From positions 43,014-107,013 of the forward strand of contig JAEZKJ010000177.1 of the NCBI GenBank assembly GCA_023415545.1: a DNA stretch of 64,000 nucleotides, in the 5' to 3' direction. Each line of letters begins with the position of its first letter. Position 1 is the first letter of the stretch. Shown here one piece after another: positions 60,244-64,000 of the stretch. The translations under genes and the position numbers were made by a program. This DNA is from Bacteroidota bacterium (GTDB lineage Bacteria > Bacteroidota > Bacteroidia > Bacteroidales > Bacteroidaceae). A model generated the notes under the pieces. It did not search any database, was not told the DNA's origin, and saw only the letters and a program-made list of their open reading frames with translations.

Positions 60244-60466
60244 ATTTTTTGTATACTTTAAAAAAGTACGCAAATGTATCAATAATAATGAAATTGGTAT
60301 TAAGTTTCAAAAAAAATATTTTTTTATTATATTCCTTACGATTCAAATTATTATTAGTTATTAAAACTTCAATTTGTAGCACTGTTTTGAATTGTTTGTA
60401 TTTGTGTTAAAGTTATATATAGTTAAATGTTTAACCACACTATGTAATCTATTATAAAATAATTCA

Positions 60467-60510
60467 TATTTTTGCACCCTCCGAAAACTAAACTAAAACA
60501 AAAAGTTTTC
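60467..60510 (+). promoter_or_regulatory. -7 box plus candidate TetR operator
   Basis: TATTTTTG at 60467-60474, then inverted repeat GAAAACT-N14-AGTTTTC at 60483-60510. Confidence 0.5.
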
Positions 60511-60648
60511 TGTTATCTTAGTATTGTATAATAAATACCGAGAATAATGGGACTATTTGTTTTAAGGAGTATTTCATGAAAAACTAAAAAAGATATGCTC
60601 AATTTTTATCACATTTTTGAGTAGTACTTATTAATGAGTAAATAATTG

Positions 60649-61284
60649 ATGGAAATAACACCAAAATTAAAGGACAATAGGAGTCATTTAAAGAGTAGAG
60701 TGCTTGATTATGCTAAAGAAACTTTCACTGTTTATGGCATAAAAGATGTCACAATGGATTCTATAGCTTCTGAGTTGTCTGTATCTAAAAGGACTCTTTA
60801 TGAATTATTTGGGGATAAAGAGGGACTGCTACTTGAAGTTGTGAAAATTCACTATAAAGAGTCTCGTGAATTTATAGATCAGTTAATACATAAATCGGAT
60901 AATGTTCTTGATGTGATATTTAAGATTTATGAAAGAAACGTCGAAGAGATAAAGAAAGCAAACAAAGTTTTTTTTGAAGAGATTAATAAATACCCATCTG
61001 TAATAAAATATCTACAATCAACTCGTAATGAGATGGCTTCAGTAACTATGTCGTATTTCCGTAAAGGAATTTCACAAGGACTATTCCGTGACGATGTTAA
61101 TTATGAAATAATCAGAACTGCTATGGTGGAAGAAATGAAAATTCTTCTTAAATCTGAATTAAATGAGAAATACTCGTTGGTTGATATATATGAGCAATTA
61201 GTATCTTTACACATGAGAGGTATAGCTACAGAGAAAGGTCTGAAAAAAGTTGATGAATTTTTCTTAACTATGAAATTTAAATAA
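60649..61284 (+). CDS. TetR/AcrR-family transcriptional regulator
   Basis: GIKDVTMDSIASELSVSKRTLYELFGDKEGL HTH and GISQGLFR. Confidence 0.93.
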   Translation: MEITPKLKDNRSHLKSRVLDYAKETFTVYGIKDVTMDSIASELSVSKRTLYELFGDKEGLLLEVVKIHYKESREFIDQLIHKSDNVLDVIFKIYERNVEEIKKANKVFFEEINKYPSVIKYLQSTRNEMASVTMSYFRKGISQGLFRDDVNYEIIRTAMVEEMKILLKSELNEKYSLVDIYEQLVSLHMRGIATEKGLKKVDEFFLTMKFK

Positions 61285-61322
61285 AACAATAAAAAGATAA
61301 CAATAACAAATAACAGTTTAAT

Positions 61323-62654
61323 ATGAGATGTTTTCTATCTAGAAAAGTATTCTTCTCCTTATTAATTGGAGGAACTTTCTGTTTCAATAGTATTCAAGCA
61401 CAAGATACTTTGAAATTAAAGTTGGATGATGCAATTAAAATTGCACTTAATGATAATCCAACAATAAAGGTTGCAGGGCAAGAGATAAACCTAAAAAAAG
61501 TTGCTTCACTCGAGGCTTATGCAGGTTTACTACCTGAGGCTTCTTTAGTGGGAAGCTACTCTAGAGCAATCGAAAAGCAATCTTTTGCTATGCAAGGTCA
61601 AATTATTAAGGTAGGAACAGACAATACTTTTAGCGGTGGTCTTTCTATAAGCCTTCCTATATTTGCTCCAGCCTTATATAAAAGTATAAGTCTGACAAAA
61701 ACTGATATTGAGCTTTCTGTCGAAAAAGCAAGAGCTTCAAAACTAGATATGGTAAATCAAGTTACTAAAGCTTTCTATCAACTGTTATTAGCACAAGATA
61801 GCTACGAAGTACTACAGAAAAGTTATAAACAGAGCGAAGATAACTTCAATATTGTTAAGGCTAAGTTTGATCAAGGAGTGGTAAGTGAATACGATAAGAT
61901 TAGTGCTGAGGTTCAAATGAGAAATATTAAACCTAGTGTAGTATCGGCAAATAATGCTATCAGTATTACTAATCTTCAATTAAAAGTTCTTTTGGGGCTT
62001 GATCCATCTACAATTATTGCAATCGATGGAAATTTAAAAGATTATGAAATGGCTATGTTCAATCGTATGGCTAGACCTAATCCAAATGATCTTACCAATA
62101 ACACAACTCTTAAACAATTGGACTTGAATAAGGATGCATTGAATAAGACATTGAAACTACAACAGGCTAATTTCTTGCCAACTCTTTCTGCATCATTCCA
62201 ATATATGTATACTTCAATGAACGATAATTTCAAATTTTCAAAATATATTTGGAATCCTTATTCAACTTTTGGCTTGAGTTTGAGTATACCTCTGTTTAAG
62301 GGAAGCAATTTCACTAAACTTAAACAAACTAAGATAAAACTTATGCAACTAGATGAGACAAAAGTTAATACTGAACGTCAACTAGTGATGCAAGCAACCA
62401 CATACCTTAATAATATGTCGGCAAGTACTGAACAGGTAGTTAGTAATAAAGAGGCTGTTCTTCAGGCTGAAAAAGGTAGGTTAATTGCTGAGAAGAGATA
62501 TGAAGTTGGTAAAGGTACGATTCTAGAACTTAATAGTTCGGAAGTAGCATTAACACAATCAAAACTAACATACAACCAGTCAATATACGATTATTTGATA
62601 GCAAAGGCTGACCTCGATCTAGTAATTGGTGATGATTCAAAAATTAATGAATAA
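61323..62654 (+). CDS. TolC-family outer-membrane efflux protein
   Basis: Signal peptide, LDDAIKIALNDNP, SLPIF, LSIPLF and RYEVG..LEL. Confidence 0.9.
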   Translation: MRCFLSRKVFFSLLIGGTFCFNSIQAQDTLKLKLDDAIKIALNDNPTIKVAGQEINLKKVASLEAYAGLLPEASLVGSYSRAIEKQSFAMQGQIIKVGTDNTFSGGLSISLPIFAPALYKSISLTKTDIELSVEKARASKLDMVNQVTKAFYQLLLAQDSYEVLQKSYKQSEDNFNIVKAKFDQGVVSEYDKISAEVQMRNIKPSVVSANNAISITNLQLKVLLGLDPSTIIAIDGNLKDYEMAMFNRMARPNPNDLTNNTTLKQLDLNKDALNKTLKLQQANFLPTLSASFQYMYTSMNDNFKFSKYIWNPYSTFGLSLSIPLFKGSNFTKLKQTKIKLMQLDETKVNTERQLVMQATTYLNNMSASTEQVVSNKEAVLQAEKGRLIAEKRYEVGKGTILELNSSEVALTQSKLTYNQSIYDYLIAKADLDLVIGDDSKINE

Positions 62655-62673
62655 TAATATAATTAAAAGAGAT

Positions 62674-63687
62674 ATGAGAAAGAGTTTCCACTCATTTATT
62701 TTACTTGGAACAATGCTTTTGGCTGCATGTTCAAGTAACAGTGAAAAAAAGGCTGATGCAACAGATGAGAAACCACTTGTTAAGTTAGCTTCGGTTACTT
62801 CACGCGATGTAGAACAGACACAAGAGTATACAACTACTGTTGAGGCTGATGTTACTAACAATATTGCTCCTACTTCTCCGGGACGTATAGAAAAAATTTA
62901 CGTTGAAGTAGGTGATAGAGTAAAGAAAGGCCAAAAACTTGTGCAGATGGATGCTGCAAACCTTAATCAGCTAAAATTACAACTCGACAATCAAAAAACT
63001 GAGTTTAAACGCATTGATGAGTTATATAAAGTTGGTGGTATTTCAAGATCTGAATGGGATGCTGCGAAGATGAACCTTGATGTTCGTACTACATCTTATA
63101 AAAACCTTCTAGAAAATACACAACTTGTAAGTCCTATAGATGGTATTGTTACTGTGCGTAACTTCGACAATGGCGACCTTTATGGAGGATCTTCTCCAGT
63201 TTTGGTTGTTGAAAAAATTGTTCCTGTGAAACTTATGATTAATGTTTCGGAAAACCTATTCCCAAAAGTTAAGGTGGGAATGCCTATCACTGTAAAATTT
63301 GATGTGTTCGGCGATGAAGAGTTTAATGGAAAAGTTTCTATAGTATACCCTACTATTAATTCCGATACTCATACTTTCCCTGTTGAAATAAAACTTGAGA
63401 ACTCGAATATGCGTGTTCGTCCAGGTATGTTTGGAAGAGTAATAATGAATTATGGAACACTTAATCATGTGGTTGTTCCAGATGTTGCTGTTGTAAAACG
63501 TGCCGGTTCAGGTGATAAATATGTTTATGTTTATAATAATGGTAAGGTATCTTACAACAAGGTTGAACTAGGCCGTCGTCTTGATGATGAGTACGAACTT
63601 ATCTCGGGAGTAGAAAATAATGCACAAGTAGTTATTGCCGGACAAGCAAGACTTACTAATGGTGCAGAAGTAACAGTAGAAAAATAA
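62674..63687 (+). CDS. RND periplasmic adaptor (MFP) lipoprotein
   Basis: Start MRKSF, lipobox LAAC, VEVGDRVKKGQ, SPIDGIV and RPGMFGR. Confidence 0.92.
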   Translation: MRKSFHSFILLGTMLLAACSSNSEKKADATDEKPLVKLASVTSRDVEQTQEYTTTVEADVTNNIAPTSPGRIEKIYVEVGDRVKKGQKLVQMDAANLNQLKLQLDNQKTEFKRIDELYKVGGISRSEWDAAKMNLDVRTTSYKNLLENTQLVSPIDGIVTVRNFDNGDLYGGSSPVLVVEKIVPVKLMINVSENLFPKVKVGMPITVKFDVFGDEEFNGKVSIVYPTINSDTHTFPVEIKLENSNMRVRPGMFGRVIMNYGTLNHVVVPDVAVVKRAGSGDKYVYVYNNGKVSYNKVELGRRLDDEYELISGVENNAQVVIAGQARLTNGAEVTVEK

Positions 63688-63698
63688 AAAAAGGATTT

Positions 63699-64000
63699 AT
63701 GAGTTTATACGAAGGAGCGGTTAAAAAACCGATTATGACCTCGCTCTGCTTTTTAGCAGTTGCGATATTTGGCTTGTTCTCCCTATCAAAATTGCCTGTT
63801 GATTTGTACCCGGATATTGAAACAAACTCCATCATGGTAATGACTTCATATGCCGGTGCCAGTGCTTCTGATATTGAGAATAATGTTACTCGTCCACTCG
63901 AGAATACATTGAATTCAGTAAGTAATCTTAAACATATTACATCAAGATCATCAGAGAATATATCTGTTATTACTCTTGAATTTGAATATGGTTATGATAT
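63699..64000 (+). CDS. AcrB/RND efflux permease, 3'-truncated by the window edge (not in the ORF track)
   Basis: My translation: MSLYEGAVKKPIMTSLCFLAVAIFGLFSLSKLPVDLYPDI...YAGASASDIENNVTRPLE...SVITLEF. Confidence 0.92.
   Translation, partial: MSLYEGAVKKPIMTSLCFLAVAIFGLFSLSKLPVDLYPDIETNSIMVMTSYAGASASDIENNVTRPLENTLNSVSNLKHITSRSSENISVITLEFEYGYD

Noticed and set aside
1..64000. DGR cassette, CRISPR array, prophage, IS element, rRNA or tRNA
   Set aside because: No RT, cas, transposase, integrase or phage genes, no spaced repeat arrays and no tRNA-like cloverleaf were seen. The intergenic regions are short and AT-rich.

Overview
AT-rich (roughly one-third GC by eye) chromosomal window from a Bacteroidaceae-like organism. 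The assignment rests on the gene set and on Bacteroidota TAnnTTTG -7 promoter boxes in front of most genes. It opens with the 3' part of a more GC-rich glutamate/GABA antiporter (gadC). A complete, tightly coupled six-gene type V pilus locus follows (1.6-9.8 kb): Mfa1/FimA-like shaft, Mfa2/FimB-like anchor, a minor pilin, a 905-aa BACON + lectin-fold tip protein, a DUF3575 barrel and a DUF3868/OmpA-like protein. The rest is mostly housekeeping and transport: mnmA, cysK, methylmalonyl-CoA mutase subunits, AspT-type transporter, ABC-F, rfbB, ppk1, MATE, S8 protease-xseAB-ilvE, trmB, mrp, MsbA-like ABC, a TolC/HlyD/ABC-2 operon, mdh, an orphan fimbrillin, gdhB, gdhA, maeB and the start of a TetR-TolC-MFP-RND operon. 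I found no rRNA, tRNA, CRISPR array, transposase, integrase or reverse transcriptase. The best candidate for an uncharacterised system is the 988-aa protein between the two GDH genes. It reads as REC-REC-small domain-PPDK ATP-grasp-phospho-His swivel and has no pyruvate-binding barrel, so it is probably a receiver-linked dikinase-type signalling or modification enzyme rather than a PEP synthase. All family calls are by motif recognition; no database search was run.
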